Of a stretch of 32,032 bases of DNA, positions 15,774-22,913 are shown piece after piece. The DNA comes from an uncultured Acidimicrobiaceae bacterium (lineage in GTDB: Bacteria; Actinomycetota; Acidimicrobiia; Spongiisociales; UBA5794). The first letter of the stretch is position 1; the number at the start of each line of letters is the position of its first letter. The translations under genes and the position numbers were made by a program. The stretch spans positions 1 through 32,032 of the forward strand of contig CAMYJM010000001.1 in assembly GCA_947258635.1 (NCBI GenBank). Direction: 5' to 3'. The notes beneath the pieces are model-generated. The model had not been told where the DNA came from. It worked only from the letters and a program-made list of their open reading frames with translations, and did not search any database.

Positions 15774-17752
15774 CCGAACGGCAAGCCCCCACAGCCAGGC
15801 TGATGGCCGGCTCGGTGCGATATGTGCCGTGGCGCTATCTGGCCAACGTGTTCTTGTGGTCGACGATCTGGCTCATGCCCGTGATCCCGGCGCTCATCAC
15901 CCGCGAGTTCTTCAATTCGCTGGAGTTGGAGACGGGCACCAGCCCGATCGGGTTTGTCGTCGGCGTCCTGGCCTACGGTCTCGGCCGGATGGGGGTGATG
16001 TTCCTGGCAATGCACAACGACATTCACCTCGAGTTCCGGGTCAGCTCGCTGCTGCGGCGCAACATGATCGGCCGCATCTACGAAATGCCCGCCGCCCAGG
16101 CGGTCCAGGGCTCCCCTGGTGAGATGATCAGCCGCTTCCGCGAAGACGTCGACCACGTCCAGGAGACTCTGAGCTGGACCGTCGACATGGTCGGCGCCGC
16201 CCTGTTCGGCGTCATGGCCGTGTGGATTCTCGGCGGGATCGACCGCGGCCTCACGCTGGCGGTCTTCGGCCCGCTCATCGTGATGGTGATCGTCGCCGAG
16301 CGTTTCGGCGGCCGGATCAAGCGTTACCGCGAAGAGGCCCAAACGGCCACGGGCCGGATCACTGAAGCGGTCGGCGAGATGTTCGGGTCCGTGCAGTCGG
16401 TGAAGGTCGCCGGTGCCGAGGCCTCGATGGTCGACAACCTCCGCGGACTCAACGACCGGCGCCGCCGGGCCATGGTCAGGGACAAGGTCTTGACGGCGGG
16501 GCTCGAATCGGTGTTCTGGAACACGGTGAGCATCGGCACCGGGCTGATCCTGTTGATCGGCGCCGGCTCGCTGGCGGCCGACAACGGCCTCACGATCGGC
16601 GAGTTCGCGCTGTTCGTGTACTTCCTGGGGTTCGTCACCGACGCCGGCTACTTCGTCGGCATCTTCATTGCCCGCTTCAAGCAGGCCGGGGTGTCCTACA
16701 CGCGGATGGTCAAGCTGCTCCGCGGTGGGTCGCCGATGCGCCTCGTGCAGGGAGTCGAGCTCGACCTGAAGGACTCAGGATCTACGGAGCAGGCGACGGC
16801 AGGAGTTGCCCAGCAGCCCACAGCCGGAGTTGCGCAGCGACCGACGCCAGGAGCTACGCAGCAACCGACGCCAGGAATTGCCCAGCAATCGACGCCAGGA
16901 ATTGCCCAGCAACCGACGCCAGGAATTGCCCAGCAACCGACGCCAGGAGTTGCGCAGCAACTCCCGAGGAACGCCGCAGGCGTTCCCGCAGGCGTTCCCG
17001 CAGGCGTTCCCGTTCCCGATCGACTCGAGCGGCTCGAAGTATGCGGGCTCAGCTACACCTATCCGGATAGCGACAACGGCATCGCCGACGTCGACCTCAG
17101 CCTGGCGCGAGGCAGCTTCACCGTCATCACCGGCCGCATCGGTGCCGGCAAGACCACGTTGTTGCGGGCACTGCTCGGATTGGTGCCCGCCGACTCCGGT
17201 GAGATTCGATGGAACGACCGGGTGGTTCCCGACCCGGCATCGTGGATGGTTCCTCCGCACGCGGCATACACACCCCAGGTGCCCAACCTGTTCTCTATGT
17301 CGCTGCGCGACAATCTGCTGCTGGGGCGGGGCGACTCCGAAGATGAGCTCATCGCTGCCATTCGCACTGCGGCACTGGAACACGATCTGCAGGACATGCC
17401 CGAGGGCTTCGCCACGATGGTCGGGCCGCGCGGGATGCGGCTGTCCGGCGGGCAGGTGCAACGGACGGCGGCGGCCCGGATGCTGCTGCGCCGGCCCGAG
17501 CTGCTCGTATTCGACGACCTTTCGAGCGCTCTCGACGTCGAGACCGAACAGACCCTCTGGAGCCGATTGCTCGAAGAGCACCGCGGGGCCACGGCACTCG
17601 TCGTATCGCATCGCCGCCCGGCGCTGCAGCGCGCCGACCAGATCATCGTGATGGAGGCGGGCCGGATTGCCGCCGTCGGCACCTTCGCCGACCTGCGAGA
17701 GTCCAGCGATGCCTTCAATGCCCTCTGGGCCGGCATCAGCAACGGGACCTAA
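15770..17752 (+). CDS. ABC exporter subunit, fused permease and ATPase; degenerate Walker B and a repeat-expanded linker
   Basis: The GTG start overlaps the stop of the upstream subunit (GTGA, 15770-15773). NBD motifs are Walker A GRIGAGKTT, signature LSGGQVQ, Walker B LLVFDDLS (Asp in place of the catalytic Glu) and H-loop LVVSHRR. It contains the tandem repeats at 16787-17017. Confidence 0.9.
   Translation: MTERQAPTARLMAGSVRYVPWRYLANVFLWSTIWLMPVIPALITREFFNSLELETGTSPIGFVVGVLAYGLGRMGVMFLAMHNDIHLEFRVSSLLRRNMIGRIYEMPAAQAVQGSPGEMISRFREDVDHVQETLSWTVDMVGAALFGVMAVWILGGIDRGLTLAVFGPLIVMVIVAERFGGRIKRYREEAQTATGRITEAVGEMFGSVQSVKVAGAEASMVDNLRGLNDRRRRAMVRDKVLTAGLESVFWNTVSIGTGLILLIGAGSLAADNGLTIGEFALFVYFLGFVTDAGYFVGIFIARFKQAGVSYTRMVKLLRGGSPMRLVQGVELDLKDSGSTEQATAGVAQQPTAGVAQRPTPGATQQPTPGIAQQSTPGIAQQPTPGIAQQPTPGVAQQLPRNAAGVPAGVPAGVPVPDRLERLEVCGLSYTYPDSDNGIADVDLSLARGSFTVITGRIGAGKTTLLRALLGLVPADSGEIRWNDRVVPDPASWMVPPHAAYTPQVPNLFSMSLRDNLLLGRGDSEDELIAAIRTAALEHDLQDMPEGFATMVGPRGMRLSGGQVQRTAAARMLLRRPELLVFDDLSSALDVETEQTLWSRLLEEHRGATALVVSHRRPALQRADQIIVMEAGRIAAVGTFADLRESSDAFNALWAGISNGT
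16787..16978 (+). repeat. 24-bp in-frame tandem repeat, 7 full units plus 1 degenerate unit (consensus cagcaaccgacgccaggaattgcc = QQPTPGIA)
   Basis: Units begin at 16787, 16811, 16835, 16859, 16883, 16907, 16931 and 16955. The units at 16859 and 16907 are identical. The 16883 unit differs at 1 nt and the 16931 unit at 2 nt. The outer units are more diverged. Confidence 0.95.
16976..17017 (+). repeat. 12-bp in-frame tandem repeat gcaggcgttccc x3 plus partial gttccc (AGVPAGVPAGVPVP)
   Basis: Three perfect copies lie at 16976-16987, 16988-16999 and 17000-17011, followed by a half unit at 17012-17017. Confidence 0.9.
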
Positions 17753-17791
17753 GTGTATGGATCTCGGAAGGTGCCGATTGCGGAGCCGCGG

Positions 17792-18745
17792 CTAGAGGGC
17801 GGCGACCCGGGAAAAGCTGTCGGCGATGGCCTGGGCGAGAACGGCTCGCCGGCGCCACAGCAGGGTGGCGTGGCCACCGCGGTACCAGCGCAACTCCGAT
17901 CCCGTCCAGTGCTCATGGAGTTGTACGATCGCGCTCTTTGGAATGAACCCGTCCGACTCGGCGGCAACGAGGACGGCGGCGGATGACCAGACGGGGGGTG
18001 CCAGCCGCAGCACCGAAGCCGCAGTCAGGGTCTGGCGCAAGCTCTCGGCGGCGCCGCGGCCTCCGAGGGCGTCCCACTGGATGCCACGGCTGATCACGCC
18101 GTCGAGGAAGACGGGGCCCGGAGAATGAGACGCCGCCAGCGGCGCGATCGCCACCGGAAATCCGGCGCTGGCACCGACGAGGGCGCCGATATTGCCGCCC
18201 ATGGAATACCCCGCGACGCCCATCCGGTATTCGTCACGGAAATGACTGAGAAGAGCCCGGCCTTCGCTGATCGCGCCCATGCCCATCAACGCGAAGTCGC
18301 CGACGGTCTGGATCGGCTGATCTCGGTCGGCGACCGTTCGCCGCACTCCGTAGTAGGGGATCTCCAGGATGAGGCTGCCGATCCCCCGGGCAGCAAGGTC
18401 GTCGGCGAGTCGCTGCCTGGTGTCGTATCCGTGGTCGTTCCAGGCCGCCATCAGCAGACACAGCCGATCGGTCCCGCCGGCCGGTTCGATCAGCCGCACC
18501 GCCGCCGTCCGGGCCCGCGGCGGGAGCTCGGTGATCGCGGCAAAGGTGCCGTCCCGCCACGTTCGGTCGGAGAGACGCGTCGTCGATCCCCAGGTGATGG
18601 AGATCTCGTGTGGATCGCCCTCCAGACCCTGGATGTCGTCGAGGCCGGCGATGGCGGCCGGATCACCCCAACCGCCCGGGAAGATCCGCAGCCGGCGCGG
18701 GCCGTGCTTGACCATCACCGCTGCCAGCAGATCGACGGGATGCAT
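17792..18745 (-). CDS. alpha/beta hydrolase fold protein (ABHD18/DUF2048-like)
   Basis: 317-aa ORF with the nucleophile elbow GYSMGG and a PYYGVRR motif, overall like the ABHD18-type hydrolase family. It starts only 21 nt after the upstream FKBP gene, so the two are probably co-transcribed. Confidence 0.85.
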   Translation of the reverse strand: MHPVDLLAAVMVKHGPRRLRIFPGGWGDPAAIAGLDDIQGLEGDPHEISITWGSTTRLSDRTWRDGTFAAITELPPRARTAAVRLIEPAGGTDRLCLLMAAWNDHGYDTRQRLADDLAARGIGSLILEIPYYGVRRTVADRDQPIQTVGDFALMGMGAISEGRALLSHFRDEYRMGVAGYSMGGNIGALVGASAGFPVAIAPLAASHSPGPVFLDGVISRGIQWDALGGRGAAESLRQTLTAASVLRLAPPVWSSAAVLVAAESDGFIPKSAIVQLHEHWTGSELRWYRGGHATLLWRRRAVLAQAIADSFSRVAAL

Positions 18746-18766
18746 CGTCAGATGAGGGCGCCCCGC

Positions 18767-19375
18767 CTAGCCCGCTGGAACGATCTCGACCAGTTCCACG
18801 TCGAAGACGAGAATCTTGCCGGCGAGGAAGTGATTGGCGTCGATCTGCGCCGTGCCGGCTTCCTCGTCGATGGACAGCACAACTGCCGTTGCCCCGCTCT
18901 GGCTGGAGAGTTGGTCGCCTACCGCCAAACCCTCCGGCAGTTCATCCAGCGGGAGATCGAGGATGGCGTTCGGGTCGGTCTCGCCGTAGCCGTCGAGCGG
19001 CTCGACGCGCTGCGTCCGGGTCTCCCCGACTGCCAGACCGCGTACCGCATCGTCGAAGCCTTTGATCACCTGGCCGCTGGCGACGACGAACTCGAGCGGC
19101 GCTCGACCCTCGGAGCTGTCGAAGACTTCTCCGTCTTCGAGGGATCCGGTGTAGTGCACTTTGACGCGGTCACCGTCCTTGACCCGGAGAGCGTCGGCGG
19201 GCGCCGAGGTGCTCGGCACCTCCGTTGCCGCCGGTGGTTGGGTGGCTGGAGCCGCGGTCGTGGCCGCACCGCTCTCCGCCGTGGTCGTCACAGGCTCCGC
19301 ATCCGAACCGCCACAGGCCGCTAGCGTGAGCACGACGACACCCAAGGCAGCGCGGGCTATGGACATGCGAATCAC
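18767..19375 (-). CDS. FKBP-type peptidyl-prolyl cis-trans isomerase, lipoprotein
   Basis: GTG start at 19375, preceded by gaaggaga. There is a signal peptide with a canonical lipobox (VVLTLAAC|GG), a Pro/Thr/Ala linker, and then the FKBP core VKVHYTGSLEDGEVFDSS...VIKGFDDAV with a SlyD-like insert-in-flap segment. Confidence 0.9.
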   Translation of the reverse strand: MIRMSIARAALGVVVLTLAACGGSDAEPVTTTAESGAATTAAPATQPPAATEVPSTSAPADALRVKDGDRVKVHYTGSLEDGEVFDSSEGRAPLEFVVASGQVIKGFDDAVRGLAVGETRTQRVEPLDGYGETDPNAILDLPLDELPEGLAVGDQLSSQSGATAVVLSIDEEAGTAQIDANHFLAGKILVFDVELVEIVPAG

Positions 19376-19462
19376 GGGTCTCCTTCACGAGCGAAGGCAG
19401 CATGGTAAGCCCGGGCTGTGGACTACACCCACTTCAACACCCACCTGAAACCGGGGCTCGAT

Positions 19463-19491
19463 TTGGTCGGTGAACCCCCCTGCCCTAAAAG
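19463..19491 (+). promoter_or_regulatory. sigma-70-like promoter candidate (TTGGTC-N17-TAAAAG)
   Basis: ttggtc (19463-19468), a 17-nt spacer, then taaaag (19486-19491). A transcript starting near 19498 would carry the whole nested hairpin in its 5' leader. This rests on a weak motif match only. Confidence 0.25.
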
Positions 19492-19559
19492 GTTATTGCC
19501 CGCAGCCGCCCGATCGGTTCTCGGTGTGGAGAACCGACTGACTATTTGCGGGCAATAAC
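19492..19559 (+). promoter_or_regulatory. nested perfect inverted repeats in a divergent intergenic region; function unknown (leader RNA structure or operator)
   Basis: The outer 13-bp arms are gttattgcccgca (19492-19504) and tgcgggcaataac (19547-19559). The inner 9-bp arms are tcggttctc (19514-19522) and gagaaccga (19529-19537), with a 6-nt loop. The two stems are separated by symmetric 9-nt segments on each side. The arms are AT-rich relative to the surrounding genome. Confidence 0.5.
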
Positions 19560-19601
19560 TAAACGAATGAAGGGGGACATCGTGTATGGAAGGGGTCACT
19601 T

Positions 19602-20147
19602 GTGTCCGGGAAGAGGAAAAGACTCGTACTGGTGATGAGCGCAATACTCGCCGCGTCGGCATTGCTGCCGGCAACGGCCGCGGCAAGATCGGGCGATGCC
19701 GATCGGGCCGAGTCCCACTGTGTGGTCTACGTCGTGGGACAGGTCGATGACGGCACGCTGATGACGTCGAAGCCGGATTGCTTCGAAACCGAAAGCGAAG
19801 CGGCTGTGACCGCCGCCTCGGGGAACCTGCAAGCCCAATCGACCGGCCTTGATTCGATGGCGATGGGATCTTCCACGTTCATCCTCGGGATTCACTATGA
19901 CGGCGCCAACGGCACGGGATCGTCCGTCACAGTTGTCGGTAGGTCGTGCACCGGGGGCTACTGGAACACGCCGACATGGTTCGACAATCGAATCACGTCG
20001 TCGTACAACGGCTGTGGCCGGTTGCGCCACTTTGACAGGCCGTACACGGGAGGCAGCTCGACCAACACCTACGGTGCAGGTACGACGGACAACCTGTCGT
20101 CGTGGATGAACAACCGTACCGAGTCGGTGGCCTATTACAGCTCATGA
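19602..20147 (+). CDS. small secreted Cys-containing protein; C-terminal half resembles a beta/gamma-crystallin or peptidase-inhibitor-I36 fold
   Basis: GTG start at 19602, preceded by ggaagggg. Signal peptide MSGKRKRLVLVMSAILAASALLPATAAA. Two Greek-key-like half-repeats end in FDNRITSS and MNNRTESV (compare the crystallin/I36 ..NDRISS.. motif). There are four Cys residues. The fold assignment is tentative. Confidence 0.7.
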   Translation: MSGKRKRLVLVMSAILAASALLPATAAARSGDADRAESHCVVYVVGQVDDGTLMTSKPDCFETESEAAVTAASGNLQAQSTGLDSMAMGSSTFILGIHYDGANGTGSSVTVVGRSCTGGYWNTPTWFDNRITSSYNGCGRLRHFDRPYTGGSSTNTYGAGTTDNLSSWMNNRTESVAYYSS

Positions 20148-20192
20148 CCAGCTGCGCCCCATCGCAGCCGCGACCCTGCCAAGATTCATGCG

Positions 20193-20792
20193 GTGCAAGA
20201 CACCCCCTCGGATGGCGAAGCCATCAGGGCGTCACTCCAGAGGCCCGAGGCTTTTGAGCCGGTCTTCGACCGGCACCACGCCGCGATATACAAGTACTTG
20301 GCACGACGGGTCGGACCGGATGCCGGTGGCGACCTCGCCAGCGAGGTCTTCACGATCGCGTTCGCCAAGCGTCACGATTTTCAGCCTGACGTGGATGATG
20401 CCCGACCCTGGCTCTACGGCATCGCCTCCAACCTGGCACGCCGCCAGGCCCGAACATGGCGACGCCGCAACCGGGCGGGCCAGCGCGCCGCAGGAGGCAA
20501 TGCCGTATGGCTCGACCCGGCCGCAGAGGATCGCATCCACGCCGGAAGGGTGCGCCATGTGTTGATACGAGCAATCTCCGAGCTGCGCCCCAAGGAGCGT
20601 GAGACGCTGCTGCTGCACGCGCTGAGCGATTTGTCATATCGGGAGGTTGCCGCGGCGCTAGAGATCCCCATCGGAACCGTCCGCTCCCGGCTGGCGCGCG
20701 CTCGACGCCAGGTGCGCCGTTTATTGACGGAGGCAGGCCACCCTGAGCTTGCCGAGGAGTTGGCCGACGAAGGAGACGACGATGAGAGGTGA
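20193..20792 (+). CDS. ECF (group IV) RNA polymerase sigma factor
   Basis: 199-aa ORF. The region 2 segment is FEPVFDRHHAAIYKYLARRV...DLASEVFTIAF...PWLYGIASN. The region 4 segment is LRPKERETLLLHALSDLSYREVAAALEIPIGTVRSRLARARRQV. It starts with GTG. Confidence 0.9.
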   Translation: MQDTPSDGEAIRASLQRPEAFEPVFDRHHAAIYKYLARRVGPDAGGDLASEVFTIAFAKRHDFQPDVDDARPWLYGIASNLARRQARTWRRRNRAGQRAAGGNAVWLDPAAEDRIHAGRVRHVLIRAISELRPKERETLLLHALSDLSYREVAAALEIPIGTVRSRLARARRQVRRLLTEAGHPELAEELADEGDDDER

Positions 20793-21774
20793 TACTCGTC
20801 TGCGAGAGCTGCTGACCGAAATCGCACCGCCACCAGACGTGCCGGAGGCCCAAATCGACGCCGCCCGGATTGCACTTCATGACGCATACCGAGGCGTGGC
20901 GCGGCCCGTGACGCATCGCCGCCGGTGGTCGCTGGCCGGGGCGACAGCCGCGATCGCAGTCGTCGTGGTTGCCGTAGCCGTCCTCGTGCCCGGATCGACC
21001 CCATCGGTCGACGCCTCCCTCGCAGAGATCGCCCTAGCCACCCGGGGGCTCGAGGCGGCGGATCTGCCCGCCGGTTCCTTCGTGTATTCCCGGCTCGACA
21101 GGACCGTCCTGACCGGGCGGCAGATCGAAGAGGGGGCACCCGAGTCCGAGTACCTGCTGTCCGAGACCGTCGACCGGTGGGTTCAGGGCGCCGTCGAAGA
21201 AACGGCGACCACAGTCAGAAGTGCAACCTTCTTCGACCGTGATCTCGAAGCCGCCTATTACGCGGCGGGCCTCGACATCGATGACGGCGTCGGCGAGACA
21301 ACCACCAGACGCGTCAGCGACATCGCCAACGTCAAAGACGTGACGAAGTGGTCCGGCGATACCTCCACCTTGCGCCGCCAGATCGACGCGGAGCTGGCGA
21401 CGGCGATTGATCCGGTGCTCGATGAGGACATCAGGACGCTCCGGCTGGTGCAGGAATTGATGGATCCGCGGCTCAATGCTCCTCCGGCGCTGCGGGCCGC
21501 GCTCATCGAGATCGTCGGTGGCCTCGATCTGGAGACGGCTGAGTTGGCGGACGGCTCGGTTCTGGTCGCCGTCGAGTACGAGCACCCGGGGATCGGCTCC
21601 TTCCTTCAAGAGATGGAGTTCGATACTGCCGGCTACCTGCGCGTCAGCCGGCTGATCGCCGTCGAGTTCGAGCCGCCACTCCCCGGCGTGCCGCTCCGTA
21701 CGGTGGTGGACCAAGCGGTGTGGAGTCGCCCCTCCGTGGTCGACGCCGCCGGCGATTTTCCGAAGAGCCGCTAG
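20782..21774 (+). CDS. single-pass membrane protein co-transcribed with the ECF sigma (candidate anti-sigma factor or partner)
   Basis: ATG 20782 is preceded by gaaggaga, and the gene overlaps the sigma gene by 11 nt. The N-terminus MRGDTRLRELLTEIAPPPDVPEAQIDAARIAL is followed by one TM helix (WSLAGATAAIAVVVVAVAVLV) and about 255 extracytoplasmic residues. There is no HxxxCxxC zinc anti-sigma motif. Confidence 0.75.
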   Translation: MRGDTRLRELLTEIAPPPDVPEAQIDAARIALHDAYRGVARPVTHRRRWSLAGATAAIAVVVVAVAVLVPGSTPSVDASLAEIALATRGLEAADLPAGSFVYSRLDRTVLTGRQIEEGAPESEYLLSETVDRWVQGAVEETATTVRSATFFDRDLEAAYYAAGLDIDDGVGETTTRRVSDIANVKDVTKWSGDTSTLRRQIDAELATAIDPVLDEDIRTLRLVQELMDPRLNAPPALRAALIEIVGGLDLETAELADGSVLVAVEYEHPGIGSFLQEMEFDTAGYLRVSRLIAVEFEPPLPGVPLRTVVDQAVWSRPSVVDAAGDFPKSR

Positions 21775-21786
21775 CGACCCGGTGAC

Positions 21787-21816
21787 TTGACAGGACCGGC
21801 CCCGAAGCTGAATCAT
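21787..21816 (+). promoter_or_regulatory. sigma-70-like promoter candidate (TTGACA-N18-AATCAT)
   Basis: A perfect -35 hexamer ttgaca (21787-21792), an 18-nt spacer, then aatcat (21811-21816). It lies 27 nt upstream of the aminotransferase GTG, whose RBS is aggag at 21831-21835. Confidence 0.3.
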
Positions 21817-21842
21817 CCGGGGACCGCGATAGGAGTAACCCA

Positions 21843-22913
21843 GTGCCGGCATTCCGCAAAGACCTGAGCGCGATCGGCGTGTACACGCCCGGAAAACCCA
21901 TCGAAGAGGTGATGCGGGAGTACGGCGTCACCGACATCGTCAAGATGGCTTCCAACGAGTGCCCGCAGGAGCCGTTTCCCGAGGTTCAGGCGACGATCGC
22001 AGCCGCGGCTCGGGAATCGCACCGCTATCCCGATACCGGGGCATACAACCTCACCAACGACCTGGCGGCCCGGCACGGCGTGCATGCCGACCAGGTTTGG
22101 GTAGGTCCGGGCAGCACCCCGATACTGGTGTCGATGGCCCTGGCGATGGGCGGGCCCGGCACGAGTGCCGTCTTCAGCCAGCAGTCGTTCATCATGTACA
22201 CGATCGCGTCCGCCTATGCCGGCACCGAGCCGATCCGCGTTCCCATCGGCCTTGACCTACGCCTGGATGTCGACGGAATGGCCACTGCGGTGCGCCCCGA
22301 CACGACGGTTCTCTACCTGTGCAATCCGAACAACCCGACCGGCACCCACCTCGGCCGCGACAACGTTGCCCGCCTAGTCGACAGCGTTCCCGAAGACGTC
22401 CTCGTCGTCATCGACGAGGCCTACGAGGAATACGTGACCGCGCCCAACCACGCCTCGGCGATTCCCCTCGCCGTCGAACGCGAGAACGTGATCGTGACGC
22501 GCACCTTCTCCAAGGTGTACGGGTTGGCCGGGTTGCGGATCGGGTACGCCATCGGCGCCGCCCCTACGCTCGCCGAGCTGCGCCGCCTCCAGGTGCCGTT
22601 CGCCACCACCAACGTCAGCCTGGCCGCGGCCCGCGAGGCACTCCGCCACCAGGAACAAATGGCCGAACGGGTGAAGGCGAACACCGCCGGGCGCGACGAC
22701 CTGGCTGCGGGGATGCGAGCTCTCGGCATCGACTGCATCGATAGCGAGACCAACTTCGTGCTGATGGGACCCGTGAGCGATGCGGCCGCCCTGACGGAGA
22801 AGCTGCTCCACGTCGGCGTGATCGTGCGGCAGTTCGGTGATCACATTCGGGTCACCGTCGGCTCCCCGGCCGAGAACGGCCGATTCCTCGCCACCCTCGG
22901 GGAACTGAGCTGA
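21843..22913 (+). CDS. hisC: HisC-family class II aminotransferase (histidinol-phosphate or aromatic aminotransferase)
   Basis: 356-aa ORF with the PLP-lysine motif TFSKVYGLAGLRIGY and LCNPNNPTG, both typical of HisC/Pat enzymes. It is not flanked by other his genes, so it may be a Pat/HisC2-type paralog. Confidence 0.85.
   Translation: MPAFRKDLSAIGVYTPGKPIEEVMREYGVTDIVKMASNECPQEPFPEVQATIAAAARESHRYPDTGAYNLTNDLAARHGVHADQVWVGPGSTPILVSMALAMGGPGTSAVFSQQSFIMYTIASAYAGTEPIRVPIGLDLRLDVDGMATAVRPDTTVLYLCNPNNPTGTHLGRDNVARLVDSVPEDVLVVIDEAYEEYVTAPNHASAIPLAVERENVIVTRTFSKVYGLAGLRIGYAIGAAPTLAELRRLQVPFATTNVSLAAAREALRHQEQMAERVKANTAGRDDLAAGMRALGIDCIDSETNFVLMGPVSDAAALTEKLLHVGVIVRQFGDHIRVTVGSPAENGRFLATLGELS

Noticed and set aside
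16787-17017. Regularly spaced 24-bp repeats that might at first glance suggest a CRISPR array
   Set aside because: The units are directly adjacent with no spacers. They keep the reading frame of a strongly supported ABC transporter CDS, and no cas genes are present. This is a coding minisatellite.
14268-17611. Long antisense ORFs 14268..15341, 15674..16342, 16775..17611 and 17059..17742 opposite the ABC exporter genes
   Set aside because: These are shadow ORFs. The sense-strand products carry complete Walker A, Walker B and signature motifs. The antisense translations are low-complexity, and the LGNSWRRL repeats merely mirror the minisatellite.
18777-18802. GGAAC-N17-CGTC, a perfect ECF-type promoter motif
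   Set aside because: It lies on the plus strand inside the minus-strand FKBP CDS, and no plus-strand gene follows for about 800 bp. I take it as a chance occurrence. It is a useful calibration for how weak the bare motif is as evidence.
18125-19324. 399-aa plus-strand ORF spanning the hydrolase and FKBP genes
   Set aside because: It runs antisense across two well-supported minus-strand genes and their intergenic gap. The translation is Arg/Gly/Asp-rich with no motif.
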